A DNA stretch of 64,000 nt from Eledone cirrhosa (GCA_964016885.1 OZ024762.1:3844001-3908000), one strand, 5' to 3'. Positions 1 to 13,646 are shown, numbered from the stretch's first letter. Notes: a model not told the origin generated them from the letters alone. Translations and numbers: made by a program.

Positions 1-530
1 GTATATGTATGTAAGTATGAACATGTTACTATGTGAATGTGAGTATATGTATTTTGTAGAGGGGTGCAAATATGTTTGTGTGAGAATGCGTGGGTGAAAG
101 GATACGTACACTTGAAAGAAAAAATTTAAGTCTGAATGTTAATTAAGTGCAAACACAAAACCAACCACGCATATCTTTACTATCTCTAATCCCTCTATAG
201 ATTTAGAAAAATAACCAATAATATATTCTATAAAATTCGGTCAAACTGTCAAAACAACAGATGGGAATCTAATTACTCACTGCTATCAAAAAACCACTCC
301 CTCAACTATTCTTCTAACAACTTCACCCCTCTCTCCTAATATTCTCTATAAAAACCAAACAGGTCCTCAGTAATATTATTCTGATGAAATGACAGTAAAT
401 AATAACATTGAAATATTGATTGTCTGCATAACTAATACTTTGTGGATAGCAGCTGTTTTCAGGTTATGTAAGTGTTATAGAAACACATGTCAATAAATTC
501 CTTTCAACTAAACTGTATCCATTCAAATCT

Positions 531-533
<3 letters not shown>

Positions 534-571
<38 letters not shown>

Positions 572-684
572 TGTATATATAGATATACACATACATATAT
601 ATATAGATATATATATACACATGGATATATAGATATATATATATATATATATATATATAGATATATACATACATATATATATAT

Positions 685-725
<41 letters not shown>

Positions 726-736
726 TATATAGATAT

Positions 737-789
<53 letters not shown>

Positions 790-842
790 TATACACATAC
801 ATACATATATATATGTGTGTGTGGGTGTGTATGTGTATATAT
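534..842. repeat. (TA)n/(CA)n compound microsatellite
   Basis: Direct dinucleotide runs; overlapping YIYI ORFs are artefacts. Confidence 0.95.
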
Positions 843-977
843 TAGCCAAATCTTGTATTTTGTCTGCTGTAAACATTCCAATATGTACATAGTTGATATA
901 GAATAAAGATTATATTAACTGCATATATTGTTCTCTCTAATTTATTCCATGTATTACTGCGGCTATGTGGAGATTAA

Positions 978-1895
978 CCCTTTAGCATTTAAACTGGCTG
1001 TATCTGGCCACAATCCTCTCACCTCTTCTGTTCAAACCGGTCATATCTGGCCACAATCCTCTCACCTCTTCCTGTTCAAACCGGTCATATCTGGCCACAA
1101 TCCTCTCACCTCTTCTGTTCAAACCGGTCATATCTGGCCACAATCCTCTCACCTCTTCCTGTTCAAACCGGTCATATCTGGCCACAATCCTCTCACCTCT
1201 TCCTGTTCAAACCGGTCATATCTGGTCACAATCCTCTCACCTCTTCCTGTTCAAACCGGTCATATCTGGCCACAATCCTCTCACCTCTTCCTGTTCAAAC
1301 CGGTCATATCTGGTCACAATCCTCTCACCTCTTCCTGTTCAAACCGGTCATATCTGGCCACAATTCTCTCACCTCTTCCTGTTCAAACCGGTCATATCTG
1401 GCCACAATCCTCTCACCTCTTACTGTTCAAACCGGTCATATCTGTCCACAATTCTCTCACCTCTTCTGTTCAAACCGGCTGTAACTGGCCACAAATCTCT
1501 CACCTCTTCTGTTCAAACCGGCTGTAACTGGCCACAAATCTCTCACCTCTTCTAAAAGTAACCAATGGCAACCACAAGATATAATCAAGACAAGAAGAGA
1601 ATGCTGGGCCCAACTTTGGAGATGTTCGTACAGAAAAAATATGGTTGTGATTGTAACAAAAGACAACAGCTTAAGCCTTCAGCATTTAAACCAGCCATTT
1701 TTGGCCAGAATACTCTCACCTCTTTCTGTTCAAACTGACTGTAACCGGCCACTCATACTGATGTTAAGGTATTGATCTCAAAATAAATAATAGCAAAATC
1801 TCGTAGATTCAATATTTTGTGAGATATTTATGTGAGGTAAAGTGTTTACTGTGAATATACGATAGTAAATATAGAGTAATGTAAATGGTAAAGGG
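978..1895. mobile_element. piggyBac-like non-autonomous element (MITE) with an internal 43-44 bp tandem array
   Basis: TTAA at 974-977 and 1896-1899; TIRs CCCTTTAGCATTTA / TAAATGGTAAAGGG (1 mismatch); partial copies at 50786-50940 and about 58325-58521. Confidence 0.8.
1006..1552. repeat. 43-44 bp minisatellite, about 12 copies
   Basis: Unit ggccacaatcctctcacctcttcctgttcaaaccggtcatatct. Confidence 0.95.
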
Positions 1896-2291
1896 TTAAA
1901 CTTCATTATGGTGATGGCGGCGGCGATGGTGATGGTGATGATGGTGGTGGTGTAGACGGTGATGATGTTGCTGCTGCTGCTGAAGACGATGGTGATGATG
2001 ATGTTGTTTAGTTGAGCTGCTGATATTGTTGACGTTGTTGCTGCTGCTGCTGCTGTAGTTGATGATGCTGATGATGATGTTTACCGGTAACGTTGTTTTT
2101 CCTCTCATTTGTTAAGGTCTTAATTGTAGAAGATACAGCATGGAATTTAGTAGTAATTAACTTACAGCTTTATTAATTAACTCTAATTACAGTCAATCAT
2201 CACCCCAACATACTAGGAATGTTTGGTTTATAATTGTTGTTTAACCCTAGGCCAGCATTAATAGAGTAAATATATGCCTGCATCAATAGTA

Positions 2292-2353
2292 CAGTCGAGT
2301 CCGCTTAAGAGTATACCCTCGGGAATGGAAAATAGTATACTCTTAACCGGACT
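2292..2353. mobile_element. Tc1/pogo-like MITE terminal fragment
   Basis: TA|CAGTCGAGTCCGCTTAAGAGT start; internal IR agtccgcttaagagtatac...gtatactcttaaccggact; partner end not found. Confidence 0.45.
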
Positions 2354-2465
2354 AAGTAAAAATATTCCATAGTATTATTATTTTGAGTCTTGCAATGATT
2401 AAAAATCGCTTTATTATCGTTTAAAATGCATTTTAAAATGCAGTTTAAGAAGGCCAAAATGTCGT

Positions 2466-2738
2466 TATATGAATATTTATCGACAGTTGAGCGACAAGAT
2501 CCCAGACCTCATTCACTTAACAAATGGGGTGGAGATTGTCAAATCAGACCGAGGAAACAATGTTTCCATTGGTCTTTCCAGTTGATAATACTATCTGTCG
2601 GTCGCAACTCCAGGCAGAAGGAGCAACGTGAAATAAAGTGTCTTGCTCAACAAGGACATAACGCATCACCTGGTCCGGGAATCGAAATCACCACCTCACA
2701 ATTGTGAATCCAATTCTCTAACCCCTCAGCCACGTGCC
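2466..2738 (-). mobile_element. tRNA-derived CORE-like SINE (family A, variant body)
   Basis: A/B-box head and CORE-like ttgagcaagacactttatttcac; near-identical to 35551-35822. Confidence 0.8.
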
Positions 2739-3227
2739 ATATCTTCCTAAATATTGTAAACATCGCTGTCATTGTTGTTAATGTTGTTTTTGTTAGGGTA
2801 GCATTGCTCTGGTTGACCTAAGTGGAGGCTGAACAGAGAAAACTAAAACACTAATCTGCCTATATCACCTGACCTAACAATACCTGTCCGAAAACAAATT
2901 AACTAAAGAATGCCGATGAACCGTTGGACCAGATGTTGAGAGTAGCCACAGGTGAGTGAAGAACTAGAATATTCTTAAAGACTAAATTAACCAATCAGAA
3001 GACTTATACATAAACTACTATAACTCAACAAGATCCATATGCCGAACTACTTCACTACTGGATGGATGTGCACGGCCACCGGCATATAACAATGGTTGCA
3101 CAACTGCACCAATGATTGCGTTAGCAACCGAGGAAGTCACATGAATAACCATGGAACAGAAATATATATAATGCAATAAACAATTATATTGATTTAATCC
3201 CATCTTAACTACCATTATTTGTAGGTC

Positions 3228-3590
3228 TGTGGGTGATTGGCAGTATCGGTAGAAGGTCGGACGCTATGCTTTCCAGCATAGAGTTACGGCCCTTGTCATT
3301 CTGAGTTCAAATCTCGCCAAAGCTGACTTTGCCTTTCATCCTTACGGGGTCGATAAAATAAAGTACCAGTAATGCACTGGGTAATTGCTAGCCTTGTGCC
3401 AAAAGTAGAAACAATTATTTGTAGAGATCGGACGGCATGCTTTGACGCATAGAGTTATGGCCCTTGTCATTGTGAGTTCAAATCCCGCCGAGGTTAACTT
3501 TGCCTTTCATCCTTACGGGGTCGATAAAATAAAATACCAGTAATACACTGGGTAATTGCTGGCCTTGTGCCTAAAGTAGAAACAATTATT
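3228..3590 (+). mobile_element. Two tandem tRNA-derived SINEs (family B)
   Basis: gagttcaaatcccgccgaggttaactttgcctttcatccttacggggtcgataaaataaagtaccag...agtagaaacaatta, recurring more than 10 times in the window. Confidence 0.85.
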
Positions 3591-3751
3591 TGGTATTGAC
3601 AGTATCGGTAGGGGGGCTGACCACTAGAGGTCGTCCACTCTCAGACCTGTTGAACCCCAAAAAGAGATAACCCAGAAAATGTCTGTTAAATGTCACCCAG
3701 GGGTCAAGGTGTCGATAGATTTCGCTACAAATACACACACACTCACTTCTG

Positions 3752-3995
3752 AAGGCACATGGCTGAGTGGTTAGAGAAGTGGATTCGCAATCATGAGGTT
3801 GTGAGTTCGATTCCCAGATGTGTTATGTCCAAGAACAAGACACTTTATTTCACGTTGCTCCTTCTGCCTGGATTTGTGACCGGTGGATAATATTAGCAAT
3901 TGGAAAGACCAATGGGAACATTGTTTCCTTGGTCCGATTTGATGAGCTTCACCCCACTCGTTAAGCAAATGAGGTCTGCGATCTTGTCGATCGTC
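3752..3995 (+). mobile_element. CORE-like SINE (family A, variant body)
   Basis: ggcacatggctgagtggttagag A-box, gagttcgattccc B-box, CORE-like segment. Confidence 0.8.
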
Positions 3996-4704
3996 CTATA
4001 TATATACACACCTGCATATACACAGATGTGCAAAGTAGTTATATAATCTGTGAGCTGTATTTTGTCCTTGAATGAGTGAGTGTATGTGAGAGATTGTGTG
4101 AGTGTGTGCGTTTGAGTGTGCATGTGTGTGTGTGTGTGGAGCTTTTTGTGGAGCAGTATAGTTAAACAAACACGTAGAAAGTCTGAAGACCAATTTACTG
4201 GGAGGCTCAACAAACAAACAAAAAAAATGAAAGAAAAAAGAAAAAGAAAAAAAGAAGAAGAAACAGAAAAAAAGGGAAAAAAGAAGAAAAAAGACAAAAA
4301 ATGAGGAAGAAAAAAAAAGTTAAATAGATATTTGAGAAGATCAAAGAGCAATCATTAGAAAGAGAGTCGCTCATGTAAACTATATATGTATTGTTGTAGA
4401 ACAGATCTCTTGTTTCACCTAATTACTGGAAACTGGTGATTATTAGTGAATATCTAGATATATGGGGGGGGGGGACATATTGTGGCCTTGTGGTTGAGGG
4501 GGGGGGGTGACATTTGGAGGATGGGAGATATTGTGGCCTTGTGGTTGGGGTAGATCTATGGGGAATGGAATAAGTTTGTTGTGCCTCCTACAATGCCCCT
4601 ACCCTTGCCACCCTTTCTCTAAAAAAAAAAGAAATTTCTAAAGTCTGTCTTTAGCCAGGAGGTTGGTGCTTATCCGGGTTTCTGTGGCATGAAGCGACTG
4701 TGAT

Positions 4705-5372
4705 GTTAATGGTGTGTTACATGGTAATGTTGTGTTACATGGTGTTGTGTTACATGGTAATGTTGTGTTACATGGTAATGGTGGGTTACTTGGTAATGTT
4801 GTGTGACATAGTGTTGTGTTACATGGTAATGTTGTGTTACATGTAATGTTGTGTTACATGTAATGTTGTATTTCATGGTAATGTTGTATTTCATGGTAAT
4901 GTTGTGTTACATGGTAATGTTGTGTTACATGGTAATGTTGTGTGTTACATGGTAATGATGTGTTACAAGTTAATGTTGTGTTACATGGTAATGATGTGTT
5001 ACAAGTTAATGTTGTGTGACATGGATGGTAATGTTGTGTTGCATGGTGTTGTGTTACATGGTAATGTTGTGTTACATGGTAATGATGTGTTACAAGTTAA
5101 TGTTGTGTGACAAGGATGGTAATGTTGTGTTACATGGTAATGGTGTGTTACTTGGTAATGTTGTGTGACATAGTGTTGTGTTACATGGTAATGTTGTGTT
5201 ACATGTAATGTTGTGTTACTTGTAATGTTGTTTCATGGTAATGTTGTATTACATGGTAATGTTGTGTTACATGGTAATGTTGTGTGACATGGATGGTAAT
5301 GTTGTGTTACATGGTAATGTTGTGTTACATGGTAATGTTGTGTTACATGGTAATGTTGTGTTACATGGTAAT
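4705..5372. repeat. About 18 bp minisatellite
   Basis: Unit atgttgtgttacatggta with variants. Confidence 0.95.
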
Positions 5373-5664
5373 ACTGTTTTATTTCAAGACAACATAGATA
5401 ATGAAGATACTCACCTAGCTGATGGCTATATTAATTTTATAATAGTGGCATGTCACGAACCCCCCCCCCCCCCCCTCTTCCTTCACCACCGTCACCACCA
5501 TCTCTTCCACAACTACCACCGCTAAAACCACCTCCTCCACGACAACCACTGCCACCACCACCACCACCACCTCCTCCACTTCCTCTGCCGCCGCCACTGC
5601 CAGCACCACCTCCTCCACCACCACCACTGCCACCAAAATCACTACCACTACCATCAGCATCATT

Positions 5665-6590
5665 TTAATGTTCGTTTTTCCACGTTTGCATTGGTTGGAC
5701 AGGTCCTTCTCAGTACAGAAAATCTCCACTTTTCATCTCACAAAGACATCATACATTCCTCCTTTTGTAGTGAATAGTGGGAGTAGCTCTCTAAACCTTT
5801 TCCATCCTATCCATATTCTAGCTAGTATACTCTTGGCACACCTTCCTCCACTGTTAATTGAGTCACCTAGATAGTAGAAGCTATCAACCGCTTCTATGGA
5901 TCCTTTCCTGTGACCAGAAAAGGTTTATATCACTGGCACTCTTCCCCTCAATTACACCTGTGCATCTACTACATACAAAGTCTTCTTTTCCTGTTAGTCT
6001 AACCATTATCCGATTACATTGCTTGTGTACCCAAGGTTTACATTGAGTACAACGCTGGAGATTATATCTACTCTTTATTTACATATTTAGCCGAGCCATT
6101 TCCCTCAGGGAATCTGGATCCTATCTTTTCTCCTACTCACTAGCCCTTTACTATTGGCTAAGTTTACTCTCAGACCTTTTGTTTCTAAATTCTGTTTCCA
6201 TAGTTGAAACTTATTCTCTAGTTCTTTAATGGATTTAGCTATAAGGACCAGATCATCTTCATAGAGAATTCCCCATGCAGCTGGTCTTAAACTCCTCTGT
6301 TATAGCCTGGAGAACTATAATGAACAGCAGTGGGCTAAGAACCTAACCTTGATGAACTCCTACTTGTACTTTGAATTCCTCGCTAAACACATTTCCTACT
6401 TTCACTTTACTGACAGCTCCTCTGTACATGTCTTGCATTGCTCTCAGAAGCCATTCTTCTACATCTAATTTCCTTAAGGACCATTAGATAATTGATCTAG
6501 GTACTCTGTCAAAGGGCTTTTCTAGATCAACAAAAGCTAATTATAGTGATTTATTCTTGGCTAGAGACTTCACTTGTAGTTGCCTCATGA
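5665..6590 (-). pseudogene. RTE-clade LINE reverse transcriptase fragment (degenerate)
   Basis: Minus-strand remnants AFVDLEK.FDRVP, QVGVHQG, GWKRFRELLPL; frameshifted. Confidence 0.8.
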
Positions 6591-6691
6591 AAGTATATAC
6601 AATATGCTTATTAGACATAAGCATACATTAGTCTCTCTGTGGTTGCTTTAAGAAGTAAACGTGTCATAGCTACTTCAGTATCCATAAGGAA

Positions 6692-6738
6692 ATGCCAGAC
6701 ACTGGTATTTCAGAATTTTTACCCATCTTCAGTGACAT
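6692..6738 (-). ncRNA. Type I hammerhead ribozyme candidate
   Basis: Minus strand: atgtca-CTGAAGA-tgggtaaaaattct-GAAAtac-ca-gtGTC-tggcat; 6-bp stem I, GUC site. Confidence 0.7.
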
Positions 6739-7109
6739 ATATAAAAACGATATATATTTTAAAAGAAAGTCGACTTATTAAAAACAATAAAATGCTTAAA
6801 TTAAAAGTTTATTTATTAAAAATTGTGGAACAGTTTTTTCTCTCTCGTTTAAATGAAAGTGTTATATATGTAAAAAATATAAATAAATTTTTAAAACATA
6901 AAACAATTAAATAAATTTTTAAAACATAAAAAATTTAAATAAATTTTTGAAATATTAAAAAAATTAAATATATCTTCAATATATTAAAAAAATTAAATAA
7001 ATTAAAATATGAAAAAATTAAATACACTTTTTAAATAGTTCAATATCAAATTAAAACTTTTGAGGATAATTCTAAAGAAAAAATTATTTATCTATATATA
7101 TTATATATA

Positions 7110-7166
<57 letters not shown>

Positions 7167-7709
7167 ATATATATGTGTGTGTTTATATGTGTGTGTGTAT
7201 ATATATATATATTATTTAAAAAAAAAAATACAGAATCAAAATCATTATTGAAAAATGGAATATTTGATTAGGAATTTCTTGTAAGATCTGAGTTAGTCTT
7301 CGTCTTGTCATTCCTCTACTTTCTCAATAACCAAACAGAACCATTCCTTATCTCTGATTCAATTTAAAAAGGAATACCTTTTCCGTTTTTTTTCTTCTCA
7401 ATTTTGTTAAACGATCAGTCGTTAATCGCTATATAGTGTATTCTGTCACAATTTTTTTTATCAGTCCGAGCAATTGTCACTACTCGGACTGAGTCGTTCC
7501 AATGTACTTGTTTTCTGGCGCCCATCATATGGAGAATCCACCATTTACCACGAGAAGGTATTTTGAAGATTGAATGCATTAAATCAATCAGTAGTCTGGA
7601 GCCAGGTGATGACCAAAACCATTTGTAAATATTAGAAGTACGCTTTTTATGTCTGTGTCGCCTGCAGAAGGGAATGAGAAATTAAAAAAAAACATTATAT
7701 TATACTATT

Positions 7710-8210
7710 ATCATTTAACGTCCATTTTCCACGCTTACATAGGTTAGACAGGTCATGTCGTGAGATAAGTCAGATTCAGAGACCATTCTTGCTCATCTGC
7801 ATGTTGGCTTGGTTTCTATGGCTCGATACCCTTTCTAACAGCATCCACATTAGAGTGTGGACTAGGTGCCTTTTGTTGTGTCACCAACAAGACCACTTTA
7901 CAGGGTGTACTAGGTGCTGTTTGTTGTGTCACCAACAAGACCACTTTACAGGGTGTACTAGGTGCTGTTGTATCACCAACAAGACCACTTTACAGGGTGT
8001 ACTAGGTGCTGTTGTGTCACCAACAAGACCTCTTTACAGGGTGTACTAGGTGCTGTTGTATCACCAACAAGACTTCTTTACAGGGTGTACTAGGTGCTGT
8101 TGTATCACCAACAAGACTTCTTTGCAGGGTACTAGGTGCTGTTTGTTGTGTCACCTACAAGACCACTTTACAGAGTGTACTAGGTGCTGTTTGTTGTGTC
8201 GCCAGCAATC
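7710..8210 (-). mobile_element. SINE/LINE 3' tail with tandem amplification of an about 42-45 bp sub-segment
   Basis: Tail tcatttaacgtccattttccacgc; repeats of ccactttacagggtgtactaggtgctgttg at 7860-8200. Confidence 0.65.
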
Positions 8211-8580
8211 TCATGATTGATGATGATGATGATAACAATGATGGTGGTGATGATGATGATGGAGATAATGATGGTGATGGTGATGGTGATAATGATGGTG
8301 ATGATGATGGTGATGATGATTAGAGGTTTCTAGTTGGTTGAAAGCCAGGCTGGAGTAACAACAAGGGAGTCTCTATAATTATGACAGGGCTGAGTACAGC
8401 ATATTTCTTCCAGGGAGAGATAAAGAGTGAGAGAGGAAATGAGAAAGAGAGATAGAGGAACAATCGACCCCAGTACAAGACTGGTACTTTTTTTTATCGA
8501 CCTCGAAAAGATGAAAAGCAAAGTTGACCTCGGCAAGATTGGAACTCAGGGAGCAGAGAGCCCGAATGAATACCATAAAG

Positions 8581-8690
8581 CAGGGGCGTGCAACAGGCGG
8601 CCCGCGGGCCACAATCCGGCCGACCAGACCTGCCAGAGTGACCCGCAATGACCGTCTTCTATTTTTACCTTGTCGGCTTATTTAGAATTA
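8581..8690 (+). mobile_element. hAT-like MITE left end
   Basis: caggggcgtgcaacaggcggcccgcgggccac; same family as 16303-17006. Confidence 0.7.
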
Positions 8691-8804
8691 TATAAAGTAT
8701 TCTACCCAACATTCTAATAACTCTGACGATTCTCCACCTCCATTTTATATACCAGCAGAGAAACCACCCTCAGGGGGGTTTTCTGCTAGCATGTGTAGTG
8801 TGTA

Positions 8805-9450
8805 TATTGATATTATACACAAGTATATATACATGTAGATATGATATTATACAAGTATATATACATGTAGATATGATATTATATGCAAGTATATATACAT
8901 GTAGATATGATATTATACAAGTATATATACATGTAGATATGATATTATACAAGTATATATACATGTAGATATGATATTATACAAGTATATATACATGTAG
9001 ATATGATATTATACAAGTATATATACATGTAGATATGATATGATACATGTAGATATGATATGATACATGTAGATATGATATTATACATGTAGATATGATA
9101 TTATACAAGTATATATACATGTAGATATGATATTATACAAGTATATATACATGTAGATATGATATTATACAAGATATATATACATGTAGATATGATATTA
9201 TACAAGTATATATACATGTAGATATGATATTATACAAGTATATATACATGTAGATATGATATTATACAAGTATATATACATGTAGATATGATATGATACA
9301 TGTAGATATGATATGATACATGTAGATATGATATTATACATGTAGATATGATATTATACAAGTATATATACATGTAGATATGATATTATACAAGTATATA
9401 TACATGTAGATATGATATTATACAAGTATATATACATGTAGATATGATAC
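8805..9450. repeat. 32 bp AT-rich minisatellite (with 20 bp variants)
   Basis: Unit caagtatatatacatgtagatatgatattata. Confidence 0.95.
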
Positions 9451-9721
9451 GTCAAATAAAATCGTAACTGACAATATATAATACACAGAAATTGAATGAA
9501 GTCTGTGTTACACTGTCTTATGTAATCAGTAAAGTAGTCCAGGATATATTTAAAAAAGACGATATTATATATAAACTGCATTAGGAGAAAATTAGTGACA
9601 GAAAATTAATATGTTTATTTAAGCGATCGCCACCGGAAGTGTTGACATTTGAACATTTTAAAGAAGTGAATCTTTAAATAAATAAAATATATTATATATA
9701 TTTATATATATATATATATAT

Positions 9722-9874
9722 ATAACAAAGGAATTGTGGTAAGGAACCAAATGGACCATAACGCACCAGAGTACTCAATACTTAGGGTAGTAGAGTGGGA
9801 AATAGGAAAAAGTATGACCCCGACGGCAGAGCTCAAGCCGTTTCGACGGTAGCCGTCGGGGTCATACTTTTTCC

Positions 9875-9877
<3 letters not shown>
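9722..9877 (-). mobile_element. (TA)n-embedded fold-back island, putative Penelope-like terminal fragment
   Basis: 26-bp perfect IR (9802-9827 / 9852-9877); second family copy at 32180-32372. Confidence 0.6.
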
Positions 9878-9908
<31 letters not shown>

Positions 9909-9914
9909 TATATG

Positions 9915-9970
<56 letters not shown>

Positions 9971-10772
9971 CCCGTGAAAAAAGGAAAAAAAAAAAGAAAG
10001 GAAAAAATTGTCGCAGTACCTTGGTTTTGCACTCAGTTTGGGACATACCATGATGGAAATATATGGAAGTTCAAGATTCTAATGATTAAATATTTTCATT
10101 ATTCCCATTATCATTCCCATCAAAAACAATTTAACACGGAAATATTTTATATAAAAAAACTATTAAAAAACATATATATATATATATATATATAATTAAA
10201 AATGGCCGACAATGTAATGCCGGACGATTGTTCTGACAGAATTCGAATTAGTCATCTTGGGACATATTTGTTTCTGTTTGTGGACTATCATCACTTGAGT
10301 CAATAGTCAGTATTTTGTGTAGCTAGAAGCATGATGAACATCATTGCTTCCGCCCACCAAAATAAAACAAAAAGAAAAGAAAATCAAAACAAGAATGTAA
10401 GTATTGTGACGTTATAGAAAAATATTTATATTTTCATTTGTTGATTTTTAATTAATCGAAAAAAAAAAAAAAAGTAGGTAAATTTTTACAATTACACCTG
10501 AGTTGAAAATTATGTTTTTTCCATTGTTTTTCCTTTTGTTTTTTGGGGGGTTTTTTTTTCATGTATTTTGAATGCAGATTTGTCTACTCTTCCCCGTCCG
10601 ACGGGGAGATCTCCCACCCACTTTTCTATATTCCATATAACGTTTGTATATAATTCATATAACGTTTATAAATAATATGTATGTTTATATATAAATTATA
10701 TAATGTTTGAAGCCTGCCAAGTTAAGTGACTAATCCCGTTCGTACAGATCTGTTTATGGACAATGATATAGC

Positions 10773-10966
10773 TGGCCTGTCAACTCTCCCAGTCCGATGG
10801 GGAGATCTCCCACTCACTTTGGGGCGGGTGAGAGATGTCATCTCTTGTGAAAATGGGTATAGCTTTCATTATGTAAAATCTCCCCCTTTTGCCTCGTTTC
10901 TCTCCGTTTTGGGGCACTATTTTTCATGGTACTTCCCGTTTGGGTTTTTAGAGGTTGGCAGGTCTG
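10773..10966. mobile_element. MITE (possibly hAT-like)
   Basis: Ends cctgtcaactctc...gaggttggcaggtctg; copy at 53439-53710 with cagacctgtcaac TIR; fragment at about 10580-10620; no TSD seen. Confidence 0.6.
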
Positions 10967-11790
10967 TGATTGAATACTCACCTTCACCTAGTTGACTTTC
11001 ACTATCGAAACATCTGACACCGATCTTTCAGAAAACGAAGCTTTATAGTAGTTGTTGTAGGGAATGACAGCACGGTTTAAATAAATGAAGGTTTAAGAGT
11101 ATTAAACTGTTCATTTGTTCTACAGGTTATTTAAAGCCTAAGTATACGTGAAGTATTGGCAAAAGTGCATTCGTGTATTTAAAGGGAGTGATCTGTGTAA
11201 TACTGATCTTTGACAAATATTAAACCCTATTAAAATATTTGACAAGTTATATTATCACGAGATATGCCTATGTTGTCTTGTAGTTCCTCGCACTGTATTT
11301 TTATCTACGGGGGCCTAATAATTTATATATATGGTTTAATGATCCAACCACCACAGTGTTTCTTCTCAGCCATGATAATAATCAAAGACAGATCATACAT
11401 CTGAAGAAGTTTCTTTTTTCACTCTCCAACGATAGCTTATCTGACTTTGATAGAAAATGCTCCCAGTCCAAGTGGCACCCATGGTACAGGCTATACTTGC
11501 CATGTTACGTTTCTACCTCTACTTAACTAAAAAGAAATTTCATTTTCAACGCAAGATTGTAATGACAAAAATATACCAATATATAAGGTTGAACAATGGA
11601 AATAAATAGGACAAAGTTTAGGATTTAATGCATCGTTTTATGATCGTTTCAAACGGCAAAGTAACCTAAGATATTATCGATATATTGATTAATCGATAAC
11701 AGTTATGTAACTTCATACCATTAGTCTCGTCAAAATACAGCCATTCCGCCATCCATCCTCAAAAACAATGGCCCACGAAATGTTATACAT

Positions 11791-13640
11791 ATGTATATTT
11801 ATGGATGTCTCTGTGCTGGAAGGTGTTCATAATAGAGAGTCCATTGTTAGAACAGAAGTCTAGTCGGGCGACCCCGACCTAAATACGAATGTAGATGCCT
11901 TACTAGATTTCTGTTCTAGCTATGGACTCTCTATTATAAACACCTTCCAACACAGAGGCATCCATAAATATACGTGGTATAAGGGGAATCAGGGACAGAG
12001 ATCAATAATTGATTTTGTTATTGTCTCTAATCTCTTTGATTCTGTTCTGGATGTTTGTGTTAAGAGAGGGCTGAGCTGTCAACTGATCACCAACTAGTTA
12101 TCTGCAACTTGAGACTACCTAAAGCCAAAGAAGCCCACAGAACTGGCTGGTCCAGGGCAACCTACAGGATAAAGTGGGAAGCATTGGTGAATAAGGAAGT
12201 CAGGACCAGGTATGCAAATACTATTGCATCCAAATTCAGAGAACTACCTGAGCAAACTGAGGACGGTGAGCCGGAGTGGAGATTGTTTAGTGCAGCAGTT
12301 TCTGCTTCAGCTGCTAAAATGCTGCGAAAGAGGCTTGGTGTGGCGTCGGATGGCAGGAAGACTCCTTGGTTCAATCAAGAGGTTAAAGATGCCATCCGAG
12401 CAAAGAAGGAGGCTTCGCTTGGAAATAAGTACTCCTCCTTGCACTTGCGGGACAAGCAGGCACGAAAAATCGCAGCAGTGACAATAAAAGCGTCGAAAGT
12501 TAAGATATGGGAGGACTTTAGGGTTAAACTGGAATCCGACTTCAGAGCAGCAAATAACGTGTTCTGGCAGACCATCCGCCGACATCGGAATAAGAAGTCC
12601 TCCTCCACACCTACTGTTAAGAACGCGCCTGGGGATCTCTTCTCTTCAGAGAGGTCCATGGCTGGAATGAAAAATCAGTGCTGCAAAGACTGAGACACTC
12701 GTCCTCTCAAGGAAGTCTAGGTAGCGCACGCAACATGTAAATGGAGTTTCACTGAAGCAGGTGGAGAGGTTCGAGTATCTCAGGGCCGTGTTGACGAGTG
12801 ACGGAAGGCAGGAGGCTGAATTAAGTGCAAGAATTGTTGGAGCTGTTGCAGTAATGCGCCAGCTTCAGCATTCGGTAATCAGAAGGGGAGGTAGGCGTAA
12901 AAGCCAAACTCGTTATTTTCAATTCGATATTCGTGCCAACCCTTACTTATGGCCAGTAATCTTGGCGGTGGATTGGCAGTATCGGTAGAGGGTCGGACGC
13001 CATGCTTTCCAGCATAGTTACGTCCCTTTACGATCTGAGTTCAAATCCCGCCGAGGTTGACTTTGCCTTTCATCCTTACGGGGTCGATAAAATAAAGTAC
13101 CAGTAATGCACTGGGTAATTTGCTGGCCTTGTACTAATAGTAGAAACAATTAATCTTGGGTAATGACCAAAAGAATACAATCGCGAATACAATTAGCCGA
13201 AATGGGGTTCCTCCGAAGTGTCTTTCCAATAACCTTACTCGATAGAGTGCGTAGCTCGGAGGTCAGCGAGTAACTCCAGGTAGAGCCGCTATTTCTCCGA
13301 ATTGAGAGATCACAGCTCCGACACTAAGGGCATGGGGTTAGAATGTTTCAGGAAATAATCGCTGGACAGATTTTACAGGTAAGACTAACTAGCAGGAGAC
13401 CCAAGGGTAAACCCGGAGCAAGATGGTTGGATAACATCCAGGAGCTCTGCTGGCCTCACTTGGGGATCAAGCCGGATCAGTTGGAGGTGGTTGCTTCTGG
13501 CAGGACCCACTGGAGGGAGTGTTTGAGGGCTCTTCCCCCAGGACCCCCTCAGGAATAAGTGGGCGAAGACGAGAACATAATTTATTACATCCCGTAGTTT
13601 CCTATGAGAAATGACCATTTCCCCCGGATTTGCGGGTATA
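11791..13640 (+). pseudogene. RTE-clade LINE remnant (APE endonuclease C-terminus, internal deletion, RT C-terminus)
   Basis: HKYTWY...SIIDFVIVS...LSTDHQLV; VERFEYL...LTSDGR; AEMGFLR; [14 protein letters not shown]. Confidence 0.85.
12964..13150 (+). mobile_element. Family B SINE inserted into the RTE LINE
   Basis: Flanking duplication taatcttgg (12957-12965 / 13151-13159); LINE peptide TLTYGQ*SWVMT resumes across it. Confidence 0.9.
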
Positions 13641-13646
13641 TATATG

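Noticed and set aside
376-405. CTGATGA at 381 as a hammerhead
   Set aside because: No downstream GAAA or stem III
928-1527. 199-aa repetitive ORF
   Set aside because: Read-through of the 43-44 bp array inside a MITE
3018-3215. 65-aa minus-strand ORF in unique sequence
   Set aside because: No recognisable domain or convincing splice signals
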